Below are positions 27,580-40,728 of a stretch of DNA of 64,000 nt, in pieces; position 1 is the first letter of the stretch, and each line of letters begins with the position of its first letter. Source of the DNA: Candidatus Woesearchaeota archaeon (lineage in GTDB: Archaea > Nanobdellota > Nanobdellia > Woesearchaeales > GW2011-AR4). Under the pieces are notes generated by a model, which saw only the letters and a program-made list of their open reading frames with translations, was not told the origin of the DNA and did no database searches. A program made the position numbers and the translations under genes. The stretch covers positions 15,686-79,685 of the forward strand of contig JACOZN010000013.1 in assembly GCA_016181305.1 (NCBI GenBank). Direction: 5' to 3'.

Positions 27580-27724
27580 TAGCCCCGGGCAGATTCGAAC
27601 TGCCGTCCATGCCTTTCGTTAGCAACGAAAGACCAGAAAATCTCTGATTTTCGCTGCCTCCAAAGGGCACGATGCTTGACCGCTACATTCCGCAGAATAA
27701 ATTGCTTTATTCTTCCACGGGGCT
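27580..27724 (-). tRNA. tRNA-Gln(TTG) with two introns: 27 nt at 10/11 (27688-27714) and 45 nt at 37/38 (27615-27659)
   Basis: Spliced product AGCCCCGTGGTGTAGCGGTCAAGCATCGTGCCCTTTGGAGGCATGGACGGCAGTTCGAATCTGCCCGGGGCTA folds as a cloverleaf with A1-U72. Confidence 0.92.
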
Positions 27725-27788
27725 ATAAAAACGAATCTGCCGAGACTAGGCAAGAGAATTTCCTACTTTGTTTATAAAATTATCCACA

Positions 27789-28410
27789 TCAAGAATACAA
27801 TTTCAACGCTTCCTCTTCCATGAAATGCAGCTTGCCGGGCACTATGAGGCAATGGACTGGCTTGCCGAAATTTTGTTTTAACAAATCCTTTGCCATACTG
27901 GCTTTTATAATCTGGCTTTCGCTTCCGAGCCTTGCACAGCCAACGCAAAGAGTTTTTTCCGAGAATATTCTTTCATTTCTCTTTAATTCCACTTTCAGCA
28001 AATACCTTATTGCATCATTAACGGACATGAATTTTTCTTCATCCGGGTTTAAATCCAGCAAAAACAAAGTATGCAGTCCAAGGCTTGAATTGCCTTTCAG
28101 CACATCATACGGAGATTCAATGTCCTCATTCTCCAAAGGAATTGAGGTAATTTTGCCGAATTTATACACTTGAAGCCCTGTTATTCCAACAGCGCTTGCA
28201 ATAGAAGCATTATGCAAAATATGGCATTTTATGCCCTCTTTTTTCGCCCTTAAGAACAAGTCGATGTGGGTTGTTGCTGCAAACGGGTCTCCAATCACAA
28301 GAAAAGCGACATTTTTTGATTTTGCATTTTCAATGATTTCATTGTTGTCAGCTTCCACTAAGCTTCTTCTTGCAAGAATTATTTTTTTGCTGTAAAGCTT
28401 TTCCAAACAT
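27789..28410 (-). pseudogene. dph5: Diphthine synthase, N-terminal part deleted/frameshifted as assembled
   Basis: FLVIGDPFAATTH, GLQVYKFG, HTLFLLD, PVHCLIVPGKLHFME; ATG at 28410 is one base out of frame and the GxG SAM-binding start is missing. Confidence 0.85.
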
Positions 28411-28444
28411 AAGAATAAAGGAGTTAAGTAGTGTTTATAAATTA

Positions 28445-29596
28445 TTAAGCTTCTGTCTGTTGTTTTTGAAGAGCATTTTGTCTGTAAAATTCCCTAATTC
28501 TGCCAAAAGCATCGTTAAATTTTTGAACTTCTCCGGTATTTTGATGCAGTGATGGACTGTTGAACACAGCACTATATACTCCCATCATTAGCGACCTGTA
28601 TTCCTTGTGAGCTTTTTCCCAAGGAGTTTTCCTGTTAATTCCAAAAAGAGCAAAATCCTCTTCAGTAGCTGGCTGCACTTTAGCTGAAGTCCCTTCTTTA
28701 GGCTCTTTGCTTAAATCCGGCACTTCTGTGAAATGTTCCAATCTAAAAATGTCGTAATGACCCAAGCCAAAAATAATTTTATTAAGTGGTGATGATAGGC
28801 TATCATACTTCATACTTCTTGGAACTTCTCCTGTTGAGGCTGTGTCCATGCCACATTTATGTGATGCATACTCATCCAAAATTTCATGGGGTATTCCTTT
28901 TATTTCATAACCTCCACCTGTTTCATCATGAAGTCCCATATAATCTAAAACCATCTGTTTAGAACCTAAAATTTGTGCAGCTAGAGCCATATCAACGTAA
29001 ACATCTCTTAGTAGAAGTAGCTTATTAAACGCTTCATCTTTTGCTTTTTCTCCTTCTTCAAGAGAATTAATATAGTTTTTGAAAGTCATATGGCCAATAT
29101 GATTAGCCACACCCGTTCCTATAACAATAACCTGCTTGGCAAGTTCTTCAAGAGATAACTGCAATTTAGAATATTTTTTATCGTAGTAAGAAAAATTATG
29201 CGACTTATATCCTAAATAATTCATTGCACCTCTAAATTCGCCAAGCAATTTTGATAATTCAGGAACGTCATTAGAAATAATCATTACATAATCAATTAAT
29301 CTATCAGGATGCTTAAGTTCAAGCAAAGCTTTTGGGTCTCTGCTCAGTTTCTCAAATCCTTTCAATCCATATATCAGCCCTTCCTCTTTTTCATGCAGAG
29401 CATCAAAAATAGCCAGCATAATTTTGGGATTGTCTCCATCATAAGGTCCTTCCTGCTTCATATAAGCAATAAGTTGATCTTTTAGCGCGTGAGTGCTTGC
29501 CAAGATTTCGAAAAGTGCTTCGCGACCTTGAAACCTTTTGATTTCTCCCCACGTTGTTTCAGGTCCGAACAAATCATCAATTGAATCAGTTTTCAT
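28445..29596 (-). CDS. Hypothetical helical protein with a C-terminal J-domain-like segment lacking HPD
   Basis: 383-aa ORF; FALFGINRKTPWEKAHKEYRSL...QKFNDAFGRI resembles J-domain helices. Confidence 0.7.
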   Translation of the reverse strand: MKTDSIDDLFGPETTWGEIKRFQGREALFEILASTHALKDQLIAYMKQEGPYDGDNPKIMLAIFDALHEKEEGLIYGLKGFEKLSRDPKALLELKHPDRLIDYVMIISNDVPELSKLLGEFRGAMNYLGYKSHNFSYYDKKYSKLQLSLEELAKQVIVIGTGVANHIGHMTFKNYINSLEEGEKAKDEAFNKLLLLRDVYVDMALAAQILGSKQMVLDYMGLHDETGGGYEIKGIPHEILDEYASHKCGMDTASTGEVPRSMKYDSLSSPLNKIIFGLGHYDIFRLEHFTEVPDLSKEPKEGTSAKVQPATEEDFALFGINRKTPWEKAHKEYRSLMMGVYSAVFNSPSLHQNTGEVQKFNDAFGRIREFYRQNALQKQQTEA

Positions 29597-29787
29597 ATTG
29601 ATTAGGAATGTAAATCATTTTATAAATTTATACGAACAAATACCTTTGATTTATATAAACCAACCTATATTTTTAAACCCAGAAATCTTTATAAATCACT
29701 TTATATATAAATATAAAATTAAGAAAAGATTAATTATGAGTTTTTTTGGCGAAAAACTCATCTAAAGCAGCTTTTTTGGCGAAAAGC

Positions 29788-29859
29788 GGCTTGAAATAGT
29801 CTTGTTTTGGAAATTCTAGTTTTGGCTTGAAATAGTCTTGTTTTGGAAATTCTAGTTTT
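29788..29859. repeat. Perfect 36-bp tandem duplication
   Basis: GGCTTGAAATAGTCTTGTTTTGGAAATTCTAGTTTT twice, directly adjacent. Confidence 0.9.
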
Positions 29860-30024
29860 TTAGTACGATAAAAACTATAAAACGATATCAAATCAACCTG
29901 TTGGCACAGGCTAATTCTAAAAGGATAACTACAGAAGAGCAATATAAACATTTCGGTAATCGAAAATTTATATTGTAAACTATAGATGAAAACCACTGGG
30001 CTAGGGGAAAGGGGGTAGATAAAA

Positions 30025-31077
30025 ATGGAATTTTCGTTAGATGGGGCTCAAGACATGAGCGGTTTGGTAGGACAGGCGAACATAAAGGTTATAGGCGTTG
30101 GAGGAGCCGGCAATAACATGGTTGGCTGGCTCTACAAAAAGGGCATCAAAGGCGCTGAGATAATAGCATGCAACACAGACAAGCAGCATCTTGGCATCAT
30201 CGATGCTGACCGTAAGTTCCTGATTGGAAAAGGCGTTACAAGAGGGCTTGGATGCGGAGGCTTTCCCGAGAAAGGGGCTGAGGCTGCAAAAGAATCTATG
30301 AATGAGCTGAAAGAAAGCCTGAAAGGGGCTGACATGGTTTTTGTATGTGCCGGCATGGGCGGCGGCACGGGAACAGGAGCTGCCCCTGTTGTAGGGCACC
30401 TTGCAAAAGACACAGGCTCTATTGTAATCGGCACTGTCACAATGCCTTTCAAGATTGAAAGGGCAAGGGTTGACAAGGCTGAGTTTGGATTGCAGCAGCT
30501 TAGGCAAATTTCTGATACAGTAATCGTGATTGACAACAATAGGCTGGTGCAGATTGCAGGCAATTTGCCTATACAGCAGGCATTTGCAGTTGCAAACGAG
30601 CTTGTTGCAACTATGATAAAAGGCATTGTAGAGACGATTGCAGTTCCTTCCCTTGTCAATCTGGACTATGCTGATGTAAAAGCCATAATGCAGAACGGCG
30701 GAGTTGCTGTAATCGGAGTCGGCTCTTCTGACACTAACAGCAGGGTTGATGAAGCTGTCAAAGGAGCTTTGGCAAACCCATTATTAGAAGTTGATTACAG
30801 GGGCGCAACAGGCGCTTTAATCCATGTAGTGGGCGGGCCTGACATGACATTGGATGACATCAACAGGATAGGTGAGCTTGTGACAGAAAGCCTTGACCAG
30901 GATGCAAATGTCATCTGGGGCGCCCGAGTTGTCGAGGACATGAAAGGCAGGATAACTGTCATGACTATCATCACAGGGGTTAAAAGCCCCTGGGTGCTTG
31001 GCAAGGTTGACCACTCAATACCATCCGCAGAAGCAGTTGCGGTTTCGCAGGAGCTAGGGATAGAACTGGTTCATTAG
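30025..31077 (+). CDS. ftsZ: Cell division protein FtsZ
   Basis: IGVGGAGNN, GMGGGTGTG, VNLDYADV, NVIWGAR. Confidence 0.98.
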   Translation: MEFSLDGAQDMSGLVGQANIKVIGVGGAGNNMVGWLYKKGIKGAEIIACNTDKQHLGIIDADRKFLIGKGVTRGLGCGGFPEKGAEAAKESMNELKESLKGADMVFVCAGMGGGTGTGAAPVVGHLAKDTGSIVIGTVTMPFKIERARVDKAEFGLQQLRQISDTVIVIDNNRLVQIAGNLPIQQAFAVANELVATMIKGIVETIAVPSLVNLDYADVKAIMQNGGVAVIGVGSSDTNSRVDEAVKGALANPLLEVDYRGATGALIHVVGGPDMTLDDINRIGELVTESLDQDANVIWGARVVEDMKGRITVMTIITGVKSPWVLGKVDHSIPSAEAVAVSQELGIELVH

Positions 31078-31200
31078 CAGGGATTCACAATCACCCCTTT
31101 AGTCTTTGTGGTGAGATTGTTTCTTTGCCTTCATTAGAAAACCACCCCCAACGTTTTTCATTATGAAGGCAAGCGGTGGCTCATTCAATAAAACATTAAA

Positions 31201-31246
31201 AGCGGTTCACTTTCATCACGCTGTTAAATCCAAAAGTCGCTCTCGT
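31201..31246 (-). ncRNA. ACGAG bulged-hairpin motif, copy D
   Basis: ACGAG AGCG ACTTT [19 nt] AAAGT GAAC CGCT; flanked by a 12-bp IR TTCAATAAAACA (31184-31195 / 31272-31283). Confidence 0.72.
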
Positions 31247-31306
31247 TTTTTAATTTTATTTATTATTGTATTGTTTTATTGAATTAAAAAATCAAAGAAT
31301 TAAAAT

Positions 31307-31957
31307 TCACTTTTTCCTAATCTTTTCCTTTAATTTATTAACATGCTTCTTAATGTGCTTATGTGTCCTTTGCACAGCGCTTTTTATCACAGGGCTCCAC
31401 ATTCCAAGGGCTGTCTTTGGCCCTTCAATCCTGCCCCACCATTTCTCGAAGTACATGGTATGCTCTATTCTGTATTTTGGAGGCGCTGTCGGAGTTTCAT
31501 CGGCATAGCCTATTGTTATGATTCCCTGCACATTGACATGCTCAGGCAGATTGCAAAGCCTTCTTATTTCCTCTTCATCAAAAGCCCCAACCCAGCAGCT
31601 TCCCAGTCCAAGCGAGTGTGCTGTAAGCAGCATGTTTTCAATCGCAGCAGCAGCGCCCTGTATCGTGTAAAGCCTTACACCCCTTGTGCCGTAATACCTT
31701 TCAGCCTTTTCCGGCTCGCCCACAACAACAATATGTATCGGAGCGTCTGCCATCCAATGCTGCTGCACGCTAGCCTCTGCGATATCCCTTCTTTTATCCT
31801 CGTTCTTGACAACAATAAACTTAAGATTGAAAATGTTGCCTGCGCAAGGGGCATATTTGCCTGCCTGAAGAATCTCGACAATATCGTCCCATGGAACATC
31901 CTTTTCCTTGTACTTTCTTATCGAGCGCCTGGTCCTGATGCAGTCAAAAACATCCAT
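31307..31957 (-). CDS. Nitroreductase family protein
   Basis: IRTRRSIRKY, AAAAIENMLLTAHSLGLGSCWVGAF, IITIGY. Confidence 0.95.
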   Translation of the reverse strand: MDVFDCIRTRRSIRKYKEKDVPWDDIVEILQAGKYAPCAGNIFNLKFIVVKNEDKRRDIAEASVQQHWMADAPIHIVVVGEPEKAERYYGTRGVRLYTIQGAAAAIENMLLTAHSLGLGSCWVGAFDEEEIRRLCNLPEHVNVQGIITIGYADETPTAPPKYRIEHTMYFEKWWGRIEGPKTALGMWSPVIKSAVQRTHKHIKKHVNKLKEKIRKK

Positions 31958-32041
31958 AATTGAATTTTTGGATAAGGGTATTTAAATAGTTAACTGAAAC
32001 ATGAGCTGTAAAATGAGTGGAAGTTATTTTGATATACTACA

Positions 32042-34699
32042 TCAAGTATTTACAATATCTAGAACCTTTTGAGATACATTCTGTTGCAACACAATCATTG
32101 AATGTTCATATTGAGGGCCCTTAAATACTATAAAATCTTTAGCATTCTTTAGTTTTGCATCTTCAACATAAATAACCCCATCACATCTTTGTCCAAGTCC
32201 TAAATCACAAGCCTTACTATCCCCCATAATAGAATATGTATTGACAAGTGAATCTTCAGGATAATTTAGTAGATTCAGAAAAGGGGAACCAGGTTTCATT
32301 TCTTTTGATTCAGATTCACCTGCATTACTTAAAAAGTTAATCCAATTGTTTGTTCCATAATGCGGACTACTTATAGTAATCAATCTGTAAATTTTAGACT
32401 GACCATCCTTCTTCAATATGTAATATCGACTAATTATTCCCCCCATTGAATGAGAAACAATTATCGCTTTATCTTTATTAGTTGCTGTTAAAACCGCATC
32501 AATTTCTTTACTTAGAGTTGGTGCATAATCCCCTATACTATTCTTATACTGAACTGCTCCTCCATTCATTATACCTTCATAATATGTAACCATCACTGCA
32601 ATAGGCTTACAGTAAGGCCAACTACCTTTAGTCAATTCTGTTGCCTTTTCTGGATATAAAATATCTTTAAGAACATAACCTCTCTGAGCAAAATACGAAG
32701 ACATACTGGCGAAAGTGTCAAGAGAGCTTTTGACTGTTTTTTGCCCAGTTTCTGCAGCGTGCCCATGAACAAAAATAACTGGATAAAGGTCTTTTCTTGA
32801 TTTATACTCATCACTATCACAGCATTTATTTGTTCGTTGGCCGTTTTCATCAATACAATTTTTTTCTACATTCTTTAAATCAGTTTTTATATCAGATTGC
32901 TTTTCAGAAGTTTGAATATTCAAAGTATTCGCTTGTAATTGAGTAAGTTGATTCTGAGAAATTTTACATGAATCCGTAAAAAATTTAACAGTTTCATCTT
33001 CTATATTAACATTTTTAGCTGGTGTTATATTATTTTGTAATTCTGATATGAGTTTTGGTATTGTTTCATTTATTTCCAAATTCAATTTGTAATCTAATTC
33101 TTGCTTGCTTCCTAAAATTCTATAATATAATTTTTTAAAAAAAGCAAAAAAATTATTTTCTTGAGATTTTATTTTATCGGCTTCAGTTCTGACCTTTTTG
33201 GATTCCTCTTCTAAATTTTTCAATTTAGCTTCCTTCTTTTGAAAATCTAAAGCATTATATTCCTTTACCAATTCTATGTATTTAGAAATATCGATTGTTT
33301 TTCCTAATAAGTTTATATCATTAAGTGAATCTTGTATATCTTTTTCTACTTTTATTGCTTCAGAATTTGTATTTTGTTTTAAGTCATTGATTTTTTTAGT
33401 TTTATCAATTTCTTTTTGTATGGGAATGTTTTTATCATTAATTTCTTGATTTTTCTTATTCAGTTCGTCTAATTCAATTTTTTGTCTATTAATCTCTTTA
33501 TCATTGAAGATTTTTACTTCTTTCGATAAGGAATCATATGAAAAACAGAAACCGGTAAAATCTTTGGCAGTTGCTAAATTTATCTCGTCAATTTTCCCCT
33601 TAGTGTCACACAGCTTAAAATCACTGCAAATTTTATTAACCTGTTTTGATATTAGGTTTACTGCTTTATTGGCATAGTCATTCAGGTTACTTTGCATTTG
33701 ATTTATTATCTTATCTTTAGAATCCGAATACGTTTTAACTAAATTATCGGCGTCATCCAAATCTGTGAACTTATAGCTATTAATTTTTAAGCTAACTTCT
33801 TTTCCAACTTCGTCGAGTTTACTTATTAATTCATTGTTAAACATATATCTTAATTTTGCTGACTTATCTTTAGCATCTGAAACTAAATTTTGTAGATTTA
33901 AACCAATCTGTTTGTATCTTTGAATATTATTATTTGTCATAGTATTCATATCGGTAATCTTCATATCTGAGTTTGATAATGAAATCAAATCGGAATTTTT
34001 ATCAACTTGAGAACCAAGATTGTATTGTTCTTGCTCAAGCGAGTCATGTACATTTTGAAATTTACTCTTTAATGCGTTGACATTCTGTTGGATATTTGAA
34101 TTATCCTGATTGATACCTTTTGGTAGAATAGGAGTAGGAGTTTTTGATATCAAATCATTGATTTGTTGAGCTTTTTTATCTATATCAGTTATTTTATTTG
34201 CTAAACTATTCCTATAATCCTCTAAAATATCAAAATTTTTTTGGTCTTGGTCACTTAAAACATAATTAATATTAACGGAGTGGGGGAAGGGCTTTGAATC
34301 ATAATAGCATGTCGTAAGGAATGGAAATTCAGTTGTTGGACAAGTGTAAGGTGCTGCGGTTGTTTTACAATCTGTAGTAAAAGTTATGCTAGCTGGTTTT
34401 CCAAAAAAACTTTTTATCGTGTTAGGTACGTTATGTCTAAAGTAGAGAGTTTGCTGGCTTCCCGCTGGTAATAAGTTTGTTGATGAGGAACCTAAAGAAG
34501 AGCTGATTGTACAAGTTATACTTATAGAATCTGGATTAACTACAGTAACTGGAATGTCAATATAACTACCCTTATATGCTGTAAAGCTTTGCTGTGGAGA
34601 AGAAGGTAAAAAATTTAGAGTGATATACTTAATTGAATAAGCAAAAGGAGTAATTAACAATGCAACTAATATGATAACGAACATATTTTTTACTGGCAT
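32042..34699 (-). CDS. AT-rich exported coiled-coil protein with C-terminal alpha/beta-hydrolase (lipase/PGAP1-like) domain
   Basis: Signal peptide; PVIFVHG oxyanion motif; SHSMGG nucleophile elbow; CDGVI; EHS. Confidence 0.85.
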   Translation of the reverse strand: MPVKNMFVIILVALLITPFAYSIKYITLNFLPSSPQQSFTAYKGSYIDIPVTVVNPDSISITCTISSSLGSSSTNLLPAGSQQTLYFRHNVPNTIKSFFGKPASITFTTDCKTTAAPYTCPTTEFPFLTTCYYDSKPFPHSVNINYVLSDQDQKNFDILEDYRNSLANKITDIDKKAQQINDLISKTPTPILPKGINQDNSNIQQNVNALKSKFQNVHDSLEQEQYNLGSQVDKNSDLISLSNSDMKITDMNTMTNNNIQRYKQIGLNLQNLVSDAKDKSAKLRYMFNNELISKLDEVGKEVSLKINSYKFTDLDDADNLVKTYSDSKDKIINQMQSNLNDYANKAVNLISKQVNKICSDFKLCDTKGKIDEINLATAKDFTGFCFSYDSLSKEVKIFNDKEINRQKIELDELNKKNQEINDKNIPIQKEIDKTKKINDLKQNTNSEAIKVEKDIQDSLNDINLLGKTIDISKYIELVKEYNALDFQKKEAKLKNLEEESKKVRTEADKIKSQENNFFAFFKKLYYRILGSKQELDYKLNLEINETIPKLISELQNNITPAKNVNIEDETVKFFTDSCKISQNQLTQLQANTLNIQTSEKQSDIKTDLKNVEKNCIDENGQRTNKCCDSDEYKSRKDLYPVIFVHGHAAETGQKTVKSSLDTFASMSSYFAQRGYVLKDILYPEKATELTKGSWPYCKPIAVMVTYYEGIMNGGAVQYKNSIGDYAPTLSKEIDAVLTATNKDKAIIVSHSMGGIISRYYILKKDGQSKIYRLITISSPHYGTNNWINFLSNAGESESKEMKPGSPFLNLLNYPEDSLVNTYSIMGDSKACDLGLGQRCDGVIYVEDAKLKNAKDFIVFKGPQYEHSMIVLQQNVSQKVLDIVNT

Positions 34700-34807
34700 A
34701 TCCTAAAGAAAACCATAACCATTTAAATATTTTTATAATATCCATCTTAATTAATTAGTCAAATATTTCAAAAAACTTAATAAACAATAAGGAATATCAA
34801 ATACCCT

Positions 34808-36527
34808 ATGGAATACTCAAAGCTTGTCGATATTTACGAGCAGCTGAACACGACTACAAAAAGGCTGGAAAAAACACATATTATTTCAGAGTTCCTGAAA
34901 GAAGTGAGTGCTGATGACATGGAGCATGTGATGCTGCTTCTTGAAGGCAGGATTTTCCCGAATTATGATGCAAGGGAGATAGGAGTTGCATCCCGCTTAA
35001 TGCTGAAATCCCTAAGCGTTGCAACAGGAATAAGCATTGAAAAGATAGAAAACGAGTGGAAAAAGCAGGGCGATCTTGGATTAGTGGCTGAAGTGCTTGT
35101 CAAGACAAAGAAGCAGGCAACTTTGCACTCCGCAAAACTGACTGTGAAGAAGGTTTTTGACAATATCAGAAAGCTTGCGGGGCTTGAAGGCGAGGGAACT
35201 GTCGATAGGAAAACACAGCTTATTGCAGAGCTGCTTACATCAGCAAAGCCCGTGGAATCAAAGTACATTGTAAAGACCATTCTTGGAGAAATGAGGATTG
35301 GGGTCGGCGAAGGCGCCATGCGGGATGCAATTGTATGGGCGTTCTTCGGCGGCAAAATAGGCATCAAATATACAAAGGAAATGAATGACATCGATGTTGA
35401 GGACAGGGAAGTGTACAACAAGTACGCGGATGCTGTGCAGCATGCATATGACATGACAAACGAGTTTGCGGTTGTTGCAAAGGCTGCAAAATCAAAAGGA
35501 TTGGATGGCTTGGAAAATATCGGCATGAAAGTGGGCATTCCGATACAGGTGATGCTTGCTTTGAAAGTTGATACAATCGAGGAAGCATTTGAGACTGTAG
35601 GAAAGCCAGCTGCAATAGAGTTCAAGTATGACGGCTTCAGGATACAGGCGCATAAGGACGATAAGGGAAACATCAAATTATTCACAAGAAGGCTTGAGGA
35701 TGTCACAAGGCAGTTTCCTGATGTCGTCGAGTTTGTAAAGAAAAATGTGAAAGGAAAAAGCTTTATCATTGATTCAGAGGCAGTCGGCTATAATAAAAAA
35801 AATGGAAAATACCTGCCGTTCCAGAGCATCTCGCAAAGAATAAAGAGAAAATAATGTTTTTGATGTAATTTATTTTGAAGGCAGGAGCGTGATTAGCGAG
35901 GAGTTTGAGAAAAGGAGGAAGCTATTGGAGAGGACAATAAGGCAGGAGCCGAAAAAAATAGTGCTTTCAAAAATAAAAATTGTTTCTGAAAAGAAAGACG
36001 TGGAGAAATTTTTCAAGGATGCCGTCAATGCCGGCAACGAAGGCCTGATGTTCAAGTCGCTTAAGTCGCCTTACAAGCCAGGCGCAAGAGTCGGCTACAT
36101 GATAAAGTTCAAGCATATCATGGAAACTCTGGACCTGGTAATTGTAGGGGCGGAGTGGGGGGAAGGTAAAAGGTCAAAATGGCTCAGCAGCTACACAATC
36201 GCATGCATCGATGACAATGGCAATTTTCTTGAGGTTGGAAAGGCAAGCACCGGATTGAAGGAAAAAGAGGAAGAAGGCCTGAGTTTCATGGAAATGACAA
36301 GATTGCTTAAGCCTTTGATAATTTCAGAGAAAGGAAAAGAAGTGAAAGTCAAGCCGAAAATTGTCATTGAAGTCGGCTATGAGGAAATACAAAAATCGCC
36401 GACATATGAAAGCGGGTTTGCTTTGAGGTTTCCAAGAGTAATCTCCCAAAGATTGGATAAAGGACCTCATGAGGCTTCTACACTGGATTATGTAAAGAAA
36501 TTGTATGCGTCGCAGAAAAAGAGCTGA
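34808..36527 (+). pseudogene. lig: ATP-dependent DNA ligase split by a deletion/frameshift at about 35852
   Basis: EFKYDG motif I and DSEAV in ORF1; NVFD, EGLMFK and LRFPRV in the shifted frame. Confidence 0.93.
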
Positions 36528-36597
36528 TTTTTCTATTATTACTATCTAGTACTCAAAACCGAAAGCTTTAAAAAGGCATTTTTACATTGTTTCTTAT

Positions 36598-37599
36598 ATG
36601 GAAAGCGGCGAAACTGCCGAAGCTGTTGAAGGCAAAACAGTGGAAGATAGTGATTCTGGGAGGCATGATTCTAGGCATTACGAGAAAGCTGAGCAAGAAG
36701 ATTATCAATCAGAGCCTGTGCAGTCAAGATATTCAAAAAATGCCAGGGACTCTGAAGACGGCAGGGGAAGTGAAAAAAAATCACGTTCAAAAAAAGGCTT
36801 GGAGAAAATAGTCAACAGCCTGAAAAAAGAGGCAGGAAACTCAGGAATTGATGAAACAGAATACGCATCTGCCCATTTTCATGAAAATATAAGCGAATTT
36901 TTAGAGGAAAGCGATGATTCTGAAGAGGAGGAATTCAGCTATAAAGATGCGGTAGCTTTCATATACAACAAGGCAACAGGAGAATTTCTGCTTGAGGAGA
37001 AGCCAGGCACTTACTATTGGAAATCAGAGAGGTGGAAGAAGGCTCTTATAGGCGGAAAGGGCAACAAAAAAGATTACAGCACTTATGCAACGCTCAAGAG
37101 AGAGCTGGGAGAGGAAATTCAGAAAGGCGCTGCAAAGGATACAATCATAAGGACTTTAGAGTCAAGCGGGACTTTAGTTGAGAGAATAACAGACCTTTGG
37201 AAAGGAAGGGAGATTATAGATGACATATATAAAATACACATTGAGCCTGTCCAAGAATGGCATATAGCGAGGGAAGCAAAATCAACGCATGATGCAGGGC
37301 CTTTCCATGTGCTGACATATGACCAAATCTTGAGCATGCCGAACAGCGCATTTGCATTCAACCACGGGCAGTTGCTCAAGAAATTCATTTTGGAGGAGTT
37401 TGTCCGCAATAAGCCCTCAAGCGCTTTGGCGCCTTACGCAAGCTATGCTCTGCCGCTTTTCAGCACCAGCCCAAGCCATTTAAAGGCTATTCAGGATTAT
37501 TCTAATCCCTCATTGGCTTTAAGAAGCAATCCATTAATCCCAAATCAGCAGAATTCATTCCAAAAATCGAACTATTCACAACCTTTATATACACAATAA
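36598..37599 (+). CDS. NUDIX-like protein with long acidic disordered N-terminus
   Basis: LIGGKGNKKD...LKRELGEEI degenerate Nudix box. Confidence 0.7.
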   Translation: MESGETAEAVEGKTVEDSDSGRHDSRHYEKAEQEDYQSEPVQSRYSKNARDSEDGRGSEKKSRSKKGLEKIVNSLKKEAGNSGIDETEYASAHFHENISEFLEESDDSEEEEFSYKDAVAFIYNKATGEFLLEEKPGTYYWKSERWKKALIGGKGNKKDYSTYATLKRELGEEIQKGAAKDTIIRTLESSGTLVERITDLWKGREIIDDIYKIHIEPVQEWHIAREAKSTHDAGPFHVLTYDQILSMPNSAFAFNHGQLLKKFILEEFVRNKPSSALAPYASYALPLFSTSPSHLKAIQDYSNPSLALRSNPLIPNQQNSFQKSNYSQPLYTQ

Positions 37600-37615
37600 A
37601 AACACGAACAATAAA

Positions 37616-40727
<3,112 letters not shown>

Positions 40728-40728
40728 A

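Noticed and set aside
29788-29859. 36-bp repeat as a CRISPR array
   Set aside because: Only two copies, directly adjacent with no spacer; no cas genes in the window.
29730-29996. 88-aa ORF with repeated KLEFPKQDYFKP
   Set aside because: Peptide repeat simply reflects the 36-bp DNA duplication; no RBS or family features.
29597-30024. Replication origin
   Set aside because: AT-rich with repeats, but no recognisable ORB consensus and no cdc6/orc1 nearby; cannot be supported.
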